In this document: positions 13,068 to 24,301 of the stretch, in pieces
Layout of the letters: each line of letters starts with the position of its first letter
How positions within the stretch are numbered: the first letter of the stretch is position 1
From: Guillardia theta CCMP2712
Taxonomy: Eukaryota > Protista > Cryptophyta
DNA length: 64,000 nt
Reading direction: 5' to 3'
Assembly: GCF_000315625.1 (NCBI RefSeq)
Contig: NW_005434627.1
Span: forward strand, 273,295 to 337,294
The notes under the pieces: generated by a model
The model's input: the letters and a program-made list of their open reading frames with translations, nothing else
The model's database searches: none
What the model was told of the DNA's origin: nothing
Translations under genes and position numbers: made by a program

Positions 13068-16000
13068 GAGCTGAATGGCTTGTAAACAGGTCAATCACGA
13101 TTACTTCTGTAGGATCATCAGACTACAGGTCGGTGAAGTTGACTAGAGGAGGAGGGACTGACTAGAACTTACAGGATGTTCCGTCGAGAGAAGACTTCTT
13201 CCGTGAACTTGTTAGGCTCCTTACTCCTCCTCCTCCTCCTCCTCCTCCTCCTCCTCCTCCTCCTCCTCCTCCCCTCTCTAAGTCCTCCTCAATCTCTCCC
13301 TTCCTTACTCTCTGTCCTTCATCCCTTTCTTCGACTCTGCTCTATCTCCCTCTCCCTCCTCTCTTCTCCTGTTGTGCTGAGAAACAACCTCAAAGGACCC
13401 TCTGCTCCGTCTCCGCACAATGATGTCAAAGAAAAGGAGTAAGTTGAGTCAACCATTCTCACCTCCTCCTTCCTGCTTCATCCTCTCCTCCCTCCTCCTC
13501 ATCCCCCTTTCTCTCCTCCTTCTCCCTTTTCCTTCCTCTTCCTCCTTCCTCCTCCTCCATAAACCTCTTCTTCGTCTCCTCACAATTCCCGCAAGTGCTC
13601 GAGGACGACGACGACAGGGGTCCGGTGAGTCTGCTCAGTCTTGAAATGAGACAACTCACAATCTTTCAGGACAAACGCAGGAACAGCCTCCTCATAGATC
13701 AAGGTGACATGTCAATCAAGTTGTCGACTGCTGACTGTTTTGTTCCTCAACAGAAACTCGTTCGTATCAGGTTTGTGCACTTTGCCTTTTTGTGTTCCTG
13801 ACGTGTTGAGAAGAGAATGTACGTTGCCTGCGTCAACGCGTGCATCGATCAGAATCCTCCTCCTACCCTCGTCATGGTTCTGGAGGCTCAGGTACCATTG
13901 TCACGATCGAGAGAGACTGGGACATGCGAAGAGAAATCCTGAGACAACAAATGTCACAACAATCAATCTTTCCATCTGTGAACATTATTGTCACGAGAAG
14001 CATTCTTGACAAGAAACGCGCAATTTCCTGTTTGAACAACTCCATCACCACAGAATTTGTTTCACTTCCAACAAGATCATCACAACCATTATTCTTTCTA
14101 TCGTTGAAGACCTTGCTTGTCAGGACACCAACTTGCATCAGATCAGCTCCAAGATCATGCCAGAAGCTGTCATGTCAACGGTGACACTTGTGCTTGCATG
14201 ATCTGTATGCTCAACAACGTTTCTTCTCCTTGTCTTTCATCTCTCGCCTGCTCCTCTGTCAGGTCATTCATCAAGTCTTGCAAGCTCTTTTCTACGTGCA
14301 CAAACTTGGCATCATTCACGGGTATCAAAGTCGTCTCTCTGCCATTGACTCTTGCACTTTCTCCTCCTCCTCGTACTCTCCTCCTCTTTCCCTCTCCCAT
14401 CCCCGCCTCCTCTTTCTCTTCTGTCCTCCCCTTTTCCTCCTCCTCTTTCTCTCTCCTCATCCGTCTCTTCGTGATTCTCCTCCTTCTCCCTCTCCTCCTT
14501 CTCCTCCTCCCATCTTTCCTTTTGAGTTTGTCATCACAAACTTGTACAGTGGAATCGACGCAACTGCAGTCTACATTGCATTCAATGGAAAAGTTCGACT
14601 CGGCAACTTCTACAACTCAAGTTATGCCGATCAACCAAAGTGAGCACGATGAAGATGAAGATGACAGTGGAGATTATGATGATGATGATGATGATGATAC
14701 TCGACTTTGATCACAAACATTTTGACATTTTGCAAAGGTGTCGGGGCAAACTTGAGTTGATGGCACCAGAGAGAATGTTGGGAATTGAGAACACTTTGAA
14801 AAGTGATATCTGGTAAACCTCCTCCTCCTCCTCTTCCTCTCTCCTCCTCCTCGTCTCTCCTCATCTCTTCTCCTCCTCCTCCTCCTCCTCCTTCACTCTT
14901 GTTCGTCTATACTACCACGCGATGCTCTCACCCCATCATCTCTTTCCTCGTCCTTGTTTGACTCGCCCCATCCCGTCGCCCTTTCATTCTTTCCTTGCCT
15001 GACAGGAGCCTGGGCGTTATGATGTTCAAAATTCTTACCGGACAACATGAGCCTTTCGGGAAGTGCACAAACAAACTTCAGTATAAGGTTTGACTCCTTC
15101 CCATCATGATTCTTATTTTCTTCCTCTTCATGCTCCTCTTCACCATTATATTCACCATTGCTTGCACCACTCTTATCATCATCATCCTCATCCTCATCCT
15201 CATCATCTCCATCTCCATCATCATCATCATCATCATCTCCATCTCCATCATCATCATCATCATCATCTCCATCTCCATCATCATCATCATCATCATCTCC
15301 ATAATCATCATAATCATCATCATCATCATCATTCTTCACAGGAGAACGTTCTCTCTCGAGACGCCCTCCGGCTGCCATGGAACGGGCCCTTCACCCCTGC
15401 TCTGCAGAACTTCGTGGAGAAAGTGAAAACAAATTTTCTCCTTGTACTTCCCTGACGTGTCATCACTACCAGAGCACGTCGAGGAACGTCGGTAAACGTC
15501 CAACTGTTGCTGAGCTGCTCGACATGCCCTTCGTGGGAAAGGCGCTGGGAGGCGTGAATGGTAAGGGAGGAGGAGAAGAGAAGGGGGAGAAGTGGGGCAG
15601 GGCAGATGAGTTGAGTGGGAGGGGAGAAGAGAAGGACAGCAGAGGACGGGGAGATGTATTGGAGAAAGAAGGGAAGGGCAGGTGGAGAGGAGGGAGATAT
15701 CAAGTTCGGAACTGCCTTGTCTGTTCTTTGGGGAGAGGGGGGGAGATTGCAGGTTGACGAGTAAGAGCACGACAAACAAACAGAGCATTCATTCTTAACT
15801 TGATCAGCCCTGTTAACAACTCCAACTGATTTCCTCTCCCCGTCCTCGCCTTCCCCTAAGACGTTTGGTAGGCAAGCGAACTTGGCCGACAGCCAAGACC
15901 TCTCAATCCGTAAGCCCTTCTTCCTCTCTCCCTCATCCTCCCCATGTCTTGGCCACTCTCCCGTCCCCACATCTCATTTTCTCCCTTCCCCTCCCCTCCT

Positions 16001-16227
16001 GCTCCTCCTCAAGGCCTCTTCGTGCTCATCCTTTCATCACTCTTCTTCCTCATCTTCCCCCTCCTCCTCCTACTCCCTTCTCTTGCTCCCCTCTCACCTC
16101 CTCCTATCAGGTCCTTGCCAGTTGGGTGCAAAACGTGCTGACCGGGGGAGTAGCAAACAACGAGAGCGAGGAGACGGTGGGCAAGCAGATCATGGAGGTA
16201 CTGGAGGAAGATCAGATGAGCCCGTGA
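8506..16227 (+). CDS. Large multi-exon protein with C-terminal MAP2K/STE-like kinase fold, probably a pseudokinase; joining across the 11803-12683 gap is inferred
   Basis: Kinase exons: YVACVNACIDQNPPPTLVMVLEAQ, IMPEAVMST/VIHQVLQALFYVHKLGIIHG/GIDATAVYIAFNGKVRLGNFY, LMAPERMLGIENTLKSDIW/SLGVMMFKILTG, FTPALQNFVEK, KRPTVAELLDMPF. The upstream chain of GT/GC-AG exons from 8506 has no recognisable domain. Confidence 0.7.
11803..12683. other. Assembly gap (881 N)
   Basis: Run of N flanked by (CCT)n and GA-rich microsatellite. Confidence 1.
12874..13066 (+). repeat. Compound microsatellite (GGAGCA)n-(GGACCA)n-(GCA)n, intronic
   Basis: Visible perfect hexa- and trinucleotide runs ending shortly before an AG acceptor at about 13089. 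Confidence 0.9.
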
Positions 16228-16259
16228 AGGAGGAGAGATGAATGTTACGACTAGAATAA

Positions 16260-16390
16260 ACAAGAACAAGAAAGTTTTGAATGACTAACAAGAACAAGAA
16301 AGTTTTGAATGACTGACAAGAACAAGAAAGTTTTGAATGACTAGCAAGAACAAGAAAGATTTCAATCAACAACAAGACCAAGAAAGTTTG
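16260..16390 (+). repeat. 28-bp minisatellite, about 4.5 copies (ACAAGAACAAGAAAGTTTTGAATGACTA)
   Basis: Direct head-to-tail copies just downstream of the kinase-like stop; the last copies are degenerate. Confidence 0.9.
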
Positions 16391-17122
16391 CGAGTATAGC
16401 AGCAGCCCGAAATACACTATGAAACAGTGATTGTGGGATAGAACCCCTCATCATCATCATCTCCATCATCATTATCATCTCAATCTCCATCTTCATCATC
16501 ATCTCCATCTCCATCATCTCCATCTTCATCATCTCAAACATCATCATCATCATCATCATCCTCTCCATCATCGTCATCGTCGTCGTCGTCGTTGTCGTCA
16601 CGATTAAAAAACCACATCAACAACCACAACGACCACCACAACAGAGTTCATTCACGAGTATCTTACCTGATCGGCTGCTTCATCTCCACGATTTCAGAAT
16701 CAGCCAAAGGATAGCACTCATCCACAGCGCAGTGAGAGCTAAACAAGTAATCATTTCAACCCCCTTTCTCCTCCTCCTCCTCCTCCTCCTCCTCCTCCTC
16801 CTCCTCCTCCTCCTCCTCCTTTCCCTTCCTGCTAATGCTTCCTGATTTTCCTCCACACCAATCACTAGACCGTAACGAGCAGCATTCTATCCTCTCATTT
16901 ACCCCGTCTCCTCTCCTCCTCCTCCTCTTACTTCCTCTTCTCACTTACTCCCTCCTCTCCCTCTCCCTCTGCTTCTCTCCAACTCCTACCTGGAGCGCCA
17001 CAGATCAGGAAAGGAAGCCAGAGGGCGGAGGGTCCAGCCTTGGGTTTCTCAGCAAGTGGAGACCTGCGAAGAAGTTGAGAGGTAGAAAAGAAGAGACATG
17101 GGCAGCCATATCCAGAAGGACG

Positions 17123-17177
<55 letters not shown>

Positions 17178-17270
17178 TTAGCAGGAGCAGGAGCAGAAAG
17201 ACCTTGGCTTCTCCTCTTTCGTTTCCTTGGCTTCTCCTCTTTCGTTTCTTTCTCCTTCCTTGAGCGCATG
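16362..17270 (-). CDS. Possible small hypothetical multi-exon gene
   Basis: Non-repetitive GT-AG-bounded segments between microsatellites (MRSRKEKETKEEKPRK..., NAARYGLVIGVEENQEALA, ECYPLADSEIVEMKQPI); no family recognised. Confidence 0.3.
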
Positions 17271-17954
17271 TTCAATCCGCAGCCTAACGAAGAAACATCA
17301 GCAGCATGTTTTCCATCCTGAGATCTCAATCGTCCAAGTTGACACCAGTTTTTCACTATGAAACGACTCTCTTCGACTTCTGTTCACCTCCTCTTCAGCT
17401 GGTCATGGCCCTTGCAAGTAGTCTCCCCTCCCTCCTTCCTCCCCTTCTTCCCTCCCTCCCTCCCTCCCTCCCTCCCTCCCTCCCTCTCCACATGTCTCCT
17501 CCCTGTCCCTGCATTCTTCTGCATTCTTCGGAAGATCTGTTAGGGTACAATGCACCCCTTCAAACAAAATTGTACCCCTCAAATTGACCCAAAAATTACC
17601 CCGTGCATTCTGTATCTGGACTACCCCCACCCCCTCGATAAGACCTGCAGGCCGCAAATGCTGGCCCCGCAGTCATCACGAGATGGAAGGCGAAGAGAGG
17701 AGGAGAGGCAGGAGAGGCAGGGCAGACACAAGAGGACAGAGGAGGGGAGGAGAGGGAGGAGAGGGAGAGGACGAGGACACTGGAGGAGCTGGAAGCCGAA
17801 AGGAAAGGAAAGAGCTCCCAGAGAATTCTGGATCCAGGGGGGGGGGAAGCGAGTGAGAGCGGTAGAATATGCAGCGCATGACGCACTGAAAGGTTCACCA
17901 TGGGAGACCAAGAACGATCGTGTTCGATGTGCAAGCTGACAGCAGCCATGTAGG

Positions 17955-20927
17955 ATGAAGTCGATACGGTCCCTGCATCACCGGCATTCGGCCTCGTTTC
18001 TGCTGCAGGTAAGAGCTCACACGCAGAACTGGCAGTATGAGCGAGTAAGTTTGATGCAGGCCATCTTGCCGCTCTCTGTGGCTTCAAATGCCGACGGCTC
18101 GGCGTTTGTGCTCTCTCGGCCATGCCATCACAAACAAAGTGAGGATTTGAACCCTCACTTTCTCCTGCTTTCTCAATCCTCCTCCTCCTCCTCCACTCCT
18201 CCACTCCTCCACTACTCCCCTCCTCCCTCCCTCCTCTCCACCCTTCATCCTTTCACCCTGTTTCCATCTCCCCCTCTCTTCCCTTCCTCCTCTTTCTCTT
18301 CCTCCCCTCCTCCTCTCCTGCTCAAGAAGCTCATGTGTCATGTCCGCACTGCAGACCGCCTATCTTTCATCTTGCCTCATTCCCATCACCGCATGTGAGT
18401 TCCTCTCCTCTTCCGCTATGTTGCGACCGGCTGACCAGCATTGCAGAGCCTCGGTGAAGTCAGCCTCGGCGATGATGGCGCATGACTTTGCTGTAGACGA
18501 CACCATGGACCACAGATGTGTTTGGGAGGAGATGTACATCTCAGTTGCGGCAGAGGCAGCAGCGGGGCTGGTGTCACTTCATGTCGACGACGAATCCGAT
18601 GCCCGACATTGTCTGTCTTCGTCGGCCGATCCCGAGCAGAAGTTGACGGGGGTGTTGACAGATTGAGCTCAAGAGGAAGTTTCAAGGACTTGCAGACAAG
18701 TACAAGGTGAGAAAGTGTCGTGGGTGGAGGAGTGCTGCTTTCTTTGATCTAGCTCCCGTCTCGCTCCTGCTCTTCCTGTCTCTCTTGCTCTTCCTCCTTC
18801 TCTTCCTCTTCTTCTTCCTCTTCCTGTTCCCGCTCCACTTCCTTCCGCTTCCTCTTCCATTCCTTCTCTCCTCCTCCTCTTCCTCCTCCTCCTTCTCCAC
18901 ATCCTTTTCCATCTCTTGTTTCTCTTCCTCCACCTCTTCACTTGTAGGGAGACATACATGTCTTCTGAGCTTTTGTGATACCAACAGGGGTTCTGCAGCT
19001 CCATAGATACCGACAAGCTTTCCTCAATTGTTTGATTTTGCCTCTGCTATGATCATCGGGATTGACGTGTGGACACAAAAGGTGCGGGAGCTTGAGGCGG
19101 CCTCAATGCAGGACGACTTCTGGAACGATGCAGCAAACGCACAGAAGTCTCTTCAGGCGAGGACAGGAGGGTCAGGAGCCCACGGCCAGGTGGTGACAGA
19201 CGTGCAGGAATTGAGCGATGCCAAGGCGAAACTGTCGATGAACGAAAAGGTGTCAAGAGTCGGGGGAGCTGGTGCGGAGGAGCAGGAGGAGGAGACTGAG
19301 GGGTGCTGGGTAGATCACAAGCATTTGGAACGACGTAGAGGCATTGTTCGAACTCGCCGGGGAAGGTGGGCATGCCCGTCCTGCGAAAGTCTCCCTAGCC
19401 CTCCGCTCCCTCCCTCCTTCCCATGGGTTCGTTATGTTCCGATGCTGATGGAGATGTCAGATCTCGACGGTGAACTCGTGAAAGAAGCAGAAACCAACAT
19501 CGCTGGGGTGAGGCTAAACCTTCCTGTCTTCTCCCTCTCCCTCCTCCTCCTCCTCCCTGCTCAATCACGACCACAAGCACAAGTATCTCCTACTGCTCTT
19601 CTCCTCTGCCCTCCACAACCATCACCTCTTACTCCTCCTCCTCCTCTCCTCACTTTGACCCAGCTCGAGGAAGACCTGGAGCGCTGGGAGCTTTCTCAGC
19701 TCCTGTCGGGGCCTTTCGATCATCGAGGCTGCTTGCTGTCGATCCAGGCGGGGGCAGGAGGAACCGACGCGATGGACTGGGCGGAGATGCTGTTGAGGAT
19801 GTACACGAAATGGGCAGAGAAGAAAGGGTACAAGAATCAGCTGGTCGATCACATGCCAGGAGAAGAAGCAGGTGAAGCTCTCTATCTCACAGCTCTTGGA
19901 GTTGACTTCCGTTACCCCGTTGAGTTTTTCTGATGTGGATGTGGATGTAGATGTGGATGTAGATGTAGATGTGGATGTAGATGTGGATGTTTGACGGTTC
20001 TCCCTCGATGTTGCTGGTTGTGTCTAGGAAGTCTTTTGAAGTTGACGACCATGTTGATGCACAAGATTATTTTTCTTTCTCTTGTTCCTCCTCCTCCTCC
20101 TCCTCCTCCTCCTCCTCGTCCTCCTCGTCCTCCTCCTCCTCCTCCTCCTCCTCCTCGTCATCATCGTCATCATCGTCATCATCGTCATCATCATCATTCT
20201 AGTCTTGTTGTTCTTTCTGTTCTCCTTTCTTCTCACCTCATCGTTGCACCTGATGACTTGTCGCTCTGCCAGGCATCAAGTCAGCGACTAAGTCAGCGAC
20301 TATTGAGATCGACGCCCCGTATGCTTACGGATACCTTCGAGGAGAGAAAGGAGCACACAGGTTTCCCCTGTCCCGTGTGGTCTTATCCTTCCCCTCCCTC
20401 CCTCTCCCTCCCCTCCCACCCCTCCCTCCCTTCCCCTCCCCTCCCCTCCCCTCCCTCCCCTCCTTCCTTCCTTCCTCCCTCCCTTCCCCTCCCCTCCTTT
20501 CCCTTCCCTTCCCTCCCTCCCCTCCCTTCCCTTCCCTTCCCTTCCCTCCCTCCCCTCCCTTCCCTTCCCTTCCCTTCCCTACCGCCCCCTCGCCTTCCCC
20601 TGTTTGTTTTCCTGTTGTGCTCACCAGTTGCTCAGACTCGTTCGCATCAGTCCATTCAATGCTCAAGCTAAGAGGCAGACGTCGTTTGCGGTGAGGCACA
20701 TCAGACGAGTGGAGAAGAGAACGGACAAGATGACATGACCTGAGAAGAGAAGAGAAGAGAAGAGATGAGATGAGATGAGATGAGATGAGATGAGATCTGG
20801 TGGTTTCATCCATCCAGCCTCGTGCTGACCGTTCGTGTCTGGCAGGGCATTGACGTTATGCCGCTCTTGGATGAGGACGTGACGATGGAAATCGATCCCA
20901 AAGACTTGGAGATAACGACGATGAGAG
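17955..20927 (+). CDS. prfB: Peptide chain release factor 2, plastid-targeted; C-terminal (GGQ) exons lost in the gap at 20995-21094
   Basis: Exons DDFWNDAANAQKSLQ/ELSDAKAKL, LLSGPFDHRGCLLSIQAGAGGTDAMDWAEMLLRMYTKW, GEEA/GIKSAT..YAYGYLRGEKGAH/RLVRISPFNAQAKRQTSFA (SPF = RF2 specificity motif), EIDPKDLEITTMR. The N-terminus has a signal-like segment followed by SAF and an Arg/Ser-rich transit-like region. Confidence 0.92.
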
Positions 20928-20994
20928 TGAGACTTCAGAATCCTCCCTCACTCCCTCACTCTCTCCTCCTCCTCCTCCTCCTCCTCCTCCTCCT

Positions 20995-21094
20995 NNNNNN
21001 NNNNNNNNNNNNNNNNNNNNNNNNNNNNNNNNNNNNNNNNNNNNNNNNNNNNNNNNNNNNNNNNNNNNNNNNNNNNNNNNNNNNNNNNNNNNNN
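20995..21094. other. Assembly gap (100 N placeholder); similar gaps at 24101-24200, 35363-35605, 58789-58888 and 60456-60555
   Basis: N runs, nearly all abutting microsatellites. Confidence 1.
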
Positions 21095-21971
21095 CGAGGG
21101 TGGGAGAGAGGGAGAGAGGGAGGGAGGGAGGGAGGGAGGGAGGGAGGGAGGGAGGGAGGGAGGGAGCGAGCGAGCGAGCGAGGGAGGGAGCGGCAGCGTT
21201 AGGTATCATGGAGCAGCAAGTCAGGTTGTACCTCCAGTGCTTGTGCGTGTGCTTCATCATTGGTGCCACATTGAAAGCCTCGTCGGCGACGGCCATCATA
21301 GTTGGATGCACGTTTCCGTCGCTCATGCCGCGGCGGGCGCATGTTTGAAACCATCCTCTCATTGACGCAGAGCCCTTGGGTCCTCCGAATGCTAGAGTGC
21401 TGTGCTGGTTGTGCGGTGGGAGAGTGGTAGAAAGGCGGAGGGAGAGAAGGACGAGGAGGATGGGCTGGAAGGTTTGGCAGAGGGAGGAAGGCATTCACGC
21501 TAGTGAGGGGTAGCAGAAGTTGGGAGGGACGGCATGGTGATGAAAATGAACTGAGGTAGGAGGCAGTCAGAAAAGGCAACCAATTGAGGGAAAGCAAAAG
21601 AGAAAGAGGGCGATCAACGTAGACCATGGGAGCATGAGTAGGAAACACAAGCAGGGGGAGGAGGTGCAGCAGGGAGCAGGGAGCAGGGAGCAGGGAGCAG
21701 GGAGCAGGGAGCAGGGAGCAGGGAGCAGGAGCAGGGGCAGGGGCACGATCAGGATCAGGAGCAGGAGCAGAGGAGCAGGAATCTATCGGGGGCCGGGGAA
21801 AGTCATTTATCTAAATGCTTTATTTCAACACTACCTTGCTAATCTAGTAAAGCAGAAATTGCATTCAGCTAATTGAATTCTCCTGCTTTTAAAAACATTT
21901 TTATCTCGGGTTGACTGAAAAAAACCGTACGGTCGGTCGGGGTAAAAGGCCCAAGCTCAAGTGCACGCGCG

Positions 21972-22957
21972 ATGGGCGGACGAGGATCGAAGGAAGCGGA
22001 GGGAGCGGGAGGGGCGGGAGGAGGAGAGCAGGCGGGAGTAGGAACAGCATCAGGATCAGGTATGGGAGGATGCCCCGTTCGAGGAGTGGGGAGTGAAGCA
22101 GGAGGAGGAGGAGGAGGAGGAGACGGGTGCCCGGTTCGATACAAGAACAACAAGGTGTACAACGTTTATGGGGAAGCTATCGACCCTACGAACATGATGC
22201 CAGCTAAGGCACAGCAGCTGCCTTCTCCCGGACAAGCTGCTCCCCTTTCGCAGCACAGAGTTCAGTCCGGGATAGCCAAGGGAGGGACAGACTCGACATG
22301 GGTCTACCCGTCGGAGCAGATGTTCTACAACGCGCTGGTGAGGAAGGGGAAGGGAGAGGATGTGGGGATGGACGACGTAGAGATGATGGTGGCGATACAC
22401 AACAACATGAACGAGAAGACATGGAGGCAGCTCCTCGTCTGGGAGCGCATGCACTGCAAGCAATGCGACGATCCCCGCCTCCTCCGCTTCACCGGTCGGC
22501 CGGACGAGCTGTCGCTGCGAGCTCGGGTCTGGAAGATGATGGGGTTCGCTCCTCCCTTCGACCGCCATGACTGGGTCGTCGACCGATGCGGGCGGGAGGT
22601 GAGGTACATCATTGACTACTACCACAACGAAAAACTCCCGGTGGACAGCAAGATGCCGCAGCAGTTCAACTTCAACTCTCAGACGCAGATCGAGCTCGAC
22701 GTCCGCCCCGCCCTTGACAGCTTCACTGCCTTCGGTGACCGCCTGCGCTTCGGCTTGATGAAGATGCTGGGAGGGGAGCCACGGCAACCACAGGACTGGC
22801 CGCGGGCGGAGCAGACGAGGGGAGGGAATGAGGATGGGATTAAGGGAAAGCAGAAGGAGTGGAACAAGGAGCAGAAACAATTCATCGAGAAGATGGAGGA
22901 GATCTCGAAGTCGTGCGCGTCGAGGATACAAGACTACAATGTGATGATGATGATGGA

Positions 22958-23027
<70 letters not shown>

Positions 23028-23338
23028 ATGGAGATGATGATGATGATGGCTGTTGGAAGTGAAACACAAACGGGCGAAATGACTGAGATGTTTTTTTCTT
23101 CTGCATCTCAATCCGAAACTCATCAACCATCTCAACGAGCTTGCAAGAAGCTCATCTCTGACGCAGTCACATTTCAGGTCGTCAAGGACGCCAGGAGTAG
23201 CTTCGAAGTCGGCGACGCAGCTTCTGTCTTGGTGAGAAAAGTCCATACAAAACAGCTAGAACGTGATTAGAATGACAGGACGGGGATATCGACGGTTTTC
23301 TCGCCAGCTACCTCAGGCATTCTGCGAAATCAGAATGA
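21972..23338 (+). CDS. HCCS: Holocytochrome c synthase (cytochrome c/c1 heme lyase); core exon 21972-22940, short 3' exons uncertain
   Basis: Two CPV heme-regulatory motifs; WVYPSEQMFYNALVRKG, IHNNMNEKTW, LLRFTGRPDELS, PFDRHDWVVDRCGREVRYIIDYY, LDVRPALDS; N-terminal MGGRGS. Confidence 0.95.
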
Positions 23339-23459
23339 GGGCGCGGGGGAGATTTCACGTTTGTGGTCCTTTTATTCATTTCCTCTCTCTTCTTTCACAA
23401 CCAAACTTCGTCGTCATCCAACTTTCATTCATAATGTAGTGTGTGTTACAAACGATTTC

Positions 23460-24245
23460 AAAACTCGCTACATCTCCTCCCCCCATGCCCTCCCCGCCGC
23501 CCTCCTCCCCGCCGCCCCTCCTCCCTGCCCCCCGCACGCCTCCCCGTCACATAGAAGAGATCTTCGTAGCTATCCCTCCCTGCACGAAGAAGTTGCTCCT
23601 CCCGCACACTTGACACGTCCCCTGACGCCTGGCCCGCCACGTCATCAACCCATCGCACCTCCCGCAAACTCTCTCACCTCCCCGAGCACGATCTGAGGAA
23701 GTTGGAGACTTCGCTGTACCCATAGGCTGCTCGGTAACCCGTCAGAGCAGCCGCAGACAACCTGCCAGCACCTTTGGCCCAGTCGAGCGCCGTCAGCTTC
23801 CCCTCAGTTGTCTGCGAGCAGAGGGTGTGAGAGGAGGGAGTTGAACGTGACGCTGAGCTATGCAGGAGAACACATTCACCGCGCAGATGTCCGCTCCAGC
23901 CTCATGCAAGATCTCTACAACCTCAAGATGCCCATACCTGCAGAGGGAAGGAACATGTCAATGTGAAGCAGGCACATGTTTGCCTTTGTCGACATTCCCA
24001 TCAAACAACACCCAGCCACAAAGGTTCAGTCTACGTCACCATCGTATCCATCTCCATCTCCATCATCATCTCCATCTCCATCTCCATCTCCATCTCCATT
24101 NNNNNNNNNNNNNNNNNNNNNNNNNNNNNNNNNNNNNNNNNNNNNNNNNNNNNNNNNNNNNNNNNNNNNNNNNNNNNNNNNNNNNNNNNNNNNNNNNNNN
24201 TTTACTCCTCATCCCCATCATCATCATCATCATCATCATCATCAG

Positions 24246-24301
<56 letters not shown>

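Noticed and set aside
11597-13165. Long ORFs spanning the N gap, and poly-amino-acid ORFs throughout the window
   Set aside because: Artefacts of Ns and stop-free microsatellites inside introns
16260-16390. 28-bp repeats resembling a CRISPR array
   Set aside because: Copies are directly adjacent with no unique spacers, there are no cas genes, and the context is eukaryotic; it is a minisatellite
18985-19030. Programmed +1 frameshift as in bacterial prfB
   Set aside because: No CTT-TGA slippery site; the equivalent region reads through (GFCSSIDTDKL) via normal splicing
22941-23270. Poly-Met tail of the 432-aa HCCS ORF
   Set aside because: Begins at a GT donor and is a (GAT)n intronic microsatellite read through in frame
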